Positions 62,252 to 64,000 of a DNA stretch of 64,000 nt are shown piece by piece. This DNA comes from an uncultured Bacteroides sp. (GTDB taxonomy: Bacteria > Bacteroidota > Bacteroidia > Bacteroidales > GCA-2748055). Both the position numbers and the translations under genes were made by a program. The stretch lies in NCBI GenBank assembly GCA_964579515.1, contig CAZOHA010000003.1, forward strand, positions 12,346 through 76,345, in the 5' to 3' direction. The notes beneath the pieces are model-generated. The model made no database searches and was not told where the DNA came from. It was given only the letters and a program-made list of their open reading frames with translations. How positions within the stretch are numbered: position 1 is the stretch's first letter; each line of letters starts with the position of its first letter.

Positions 62252-63811
62252 ATGGATGTTAAAGGAAGAAATTTCACCCGATTCCTTGAAAGACAGAAGG
62301 TATATCAATCCCAGCACGAAGCCAAAGCCGGTGAAAAACAACACTCCAAAGGCAAACTGACGGCCTGGGAACGGATTCAGATCCTTTTCGATGAAGACAC
62401 CTTTGAAGAGGTCGACGCCTTTACGAGTGCTGAGCGGGAAGATACCGGTTTCGGTAAAGTGAAAAAAGCCTTTGGCGACGGAGTAATCATCGGTCACGGC
62501 CTCATCAGGGGGAGGCTTGCATTCGCCTACGCCCAGGATTTTAATGTCATGGGGGGATCCCTTGGATCGGTGCATGCTGCCAAGATTATGAAGATCCAGG
62601 ATATGGCCCAGAAAATGGGTGCCCCTATGATCGGACTGATCGACTCGGGGGGCGCCAGGATCCAGGAGGGAGTGGCCAGTCTTGCCGGGTATGCCGGAAT
62701 TTTCTACAGGAACGTACAATCATCGGGAGTGATACCGCAGATCTCGGTTATCATGGGGCCGGCCGCCGGTGGAGCGGTTTACTCACCATCGATCACTGAT
62801 TTTGTCTTTATGACCAATCAGACCAGTTACATGTTCGTGACTGGCCCCAACGTGGTGAAGGAGGTGCTGAATGAAGATGTAACGTTCAATGATCTCGGGG
62901 GAGCCGTGGTACATTCCAGGAAAAGTGGTGTCGCCCATATGGTCTATGAGGATGAAGAAAATACCCTTCTGGGAGTAAGGCAGATGCTCTCTTATCTGCC
63001 GGCCAACAATATGGAGAATCCTCCGGAGATGGAACTCTCGGAGGACGAAACCAAAGACGTGGAAGAAAAACTGCGCGATGTCGTTCCCGACGATCCCAAT
63101 AAACCTTATGATGTCAAAGATCTGATCCATCTGATGGTGGATAAACGGTCTTTTTATGAGATATCGGAGAATTACGCTCAGAATATCGTCGTTGGTTTCG
63201 GCCGGCTCGACGGTAAAGTGATCGGGATCGTTGCCAACCAGCCAAAGGTGCTGGCCGGAACACTCGACATCAATTCCTCCAACAAAGGGGCACGCTTTAT
63301 ACGCTTTTGCGATGCATTCAACATTCCCCTTCTGGTGCTGGAAGATGTCCCGGGTTTTCTGCCGGGGATCGATCAGGAGCACAACGGCATCATCAGGCAC
63401 GGCGCTAAAATGCTCTATGCATTCGCCGACTCGACCGTTCCCAGGATCACTGTCATTCTGCGAAAATCCTATGGCGGAGCCTATTGTGTAATGAACAGTA
63501 AAAACCTGGGAGGCGACTTCAACTTCGCCTGGCCCACCGCAGAAATTGCAGTCATGGGGCCGGAGGGTGCCGTCGCTATCCTGTACCGGAAAGAACTGGA
63601 GGCTTCTGACGATCCCGCAGCACTAAAAAAAGAACTGGCTGCCAGGTATCGTAACGAAATTGCCAATCCATATGTGGCCGATGAGCGTGGATTCATCGAC
63701 GAAGTGATCGACCCTGCCGTGACCCGGAAAAAACTGATTCGGGCCTTTGAAGCCCTCGAGACCAAATTCATGAACAACCCGGCCAGGAAGCATGGCAACA
63801 TCCCCCTTTAA
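62252..63811 (+). CDS. acyl-CoA (propionyl/methylmalonyl-CoA) carboxyltransferase beta subunit
   Basis: KGKLTAWERIQILFDEDTFEE, GGSLG, SGGARIQEG and MGPAAGGAVYSP, with a second half PGFLPG...EHNGIIRHGAKM. Confidence 0.9.
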   Translation: MDVKGRNFTRFLERQKVYQSQHEAKAGEKQHSKGKLTAWERIQILFDEDTFEEVDAFTSAEREDTGFGKVKKAFGDGVIIGHGLIRGRLAFAYAQDFNVMGGSLGSVHAAKIMKIQDMAQKMGAPMIGLIDSGGARIQEGVASLAGYAGIFYRNVQSSGVIPQISVIMGPAAGGAVYSPSITDFVFMTNQTSYMFVTGPNVVKEVLNEDVTFNDLGGAVVHSRKSGVAHMVYEDEENTLLGVRQMLSYLPANNMENPPEMELSEDETKDVEEKLRDVVPDDPNKPYDVKDLIHLMVDKRSFYEISENYAQNIVVGFGRLDGKVIGIVANQPKVLAGTLDINSSNKGARFIRFCDAFNIPLLVLEDVPGFLPGIDQEHNGIIRHGAKMLYAFADSTVPRITVILRKSYGGAYCVMNSKNLGGDFNFAWPTAEIAVMGPEGAVAILYRKELEASDDPAALKKELAARYRNEIANPYVADERGFIDEVIDPAVTRKKLIRAFEALETKFMNNPARKHGNIPL

Positions 63812-63824
63812 CGAACTCCCCCTT

Positions 63825-64000
63825 ATGAAGATCAAAAGTATATTGATTGCCAATCGTGGTGAGATTGCCATCCGGATCATGAGCACAGCCAGGAAAATGG
63901 GGATCCGGACCTACGCCATTAAAACGGCCAAGGAGCCCAACGCCTGGTACCTGGAGGAAGCGGATGAGATCATCGATTTTTCTGAATGCTTTGACGACAC
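63825..64000 (+). CDS. biotin carboxylase subunit, N-terminal fragment (runs off the window)
   Basis: My translation is MKIKSILIANRGEIAIRIMSTARKMGIRTYAI..., the canonical biotin carboxylase N-terminus. Confidence 0.85.
   Translation, partial: MKIKSILIANRGEIAIRIMSTARKMGIRTYAIKTAKEPNAWYLEEADEIIDFSECFDD

Overview
This 64-kb chromosomal segment has Bacteroidota hallmarks: a T9SS C-terminal sorting domain, an ECF-sigma/FecR/STN module, a TonB-dependent receptor, TAnnTTTG-type -7 boxes, almost no Shine-Dalgarno sequences and many lipoproteins. About 58 protein-coding genes are supportable. I saw no rRNA, tRNA or CRISPR array. Most of the window is ordinary metabolism or housekeeping: gcvP, pcm, ggt, dcp, ssb, acyl-CoA carboxylase subunits, a polyprenyl-phosphate sugar transferase, SDRs and metallophosphoesterases. 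One intact IS1595-family element (36020-37108) has 12-bp terminal inverted repeats and an 8-bp target-site duplication. It sits between a pirin gene and a 3'-truncated YceI gene. The stand-out region is 52.5-61.7 kb. It holds two paralogous Crp/Fnr regulators with N-terminal Cys clusters, each with a TTGAT-N4-ATCAA-type box about 52 nt upstream of its own start codon. Interleaved with them are eight redox genes carrying 25 canonical CxxCH heme sites. These genes encode a monoheme lipoprotein, a small outer-membrane beta-barrel, and a heptaheme protein with a C-terminal anchor that is translationally coupled to a 4-TM b-type cytochrome. They also encode a class-I monoheme c, a 10(+1)-heme lipoprotein co-operonic with a double-rhodanese lipoprotein that has an acidic post-Cys tract, and a hexaheme lipoprotein with a 10-triplet collagen-like Gly-X-Y tract. 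The gene set lacks molybdopterin or large-porin partners and does not match the canonical Nrf, Mtr, Psr/Phs/Ttr, Sox or Otr layouts that I know. I therefore flag it as the best candidate for an undescribed electron-transfer or sulfur-redox system. Secondary items include an ECF-sigma/FecR operon whose STN-domain partner lacks a TonB-dependent barrel and has a paralog next door. There is also a 1419-aa double-activase fusion protein and a Crp / thioredoxin-glutaredoxin fusion / orphan GroES trio. A porin / FMN-binding (variant flavinylation motif) / YceI trio is present, along with several small repeat and hairpin structures in intergenic DNA. All functional calls rest on motif recognition by eye; no database search was possible.
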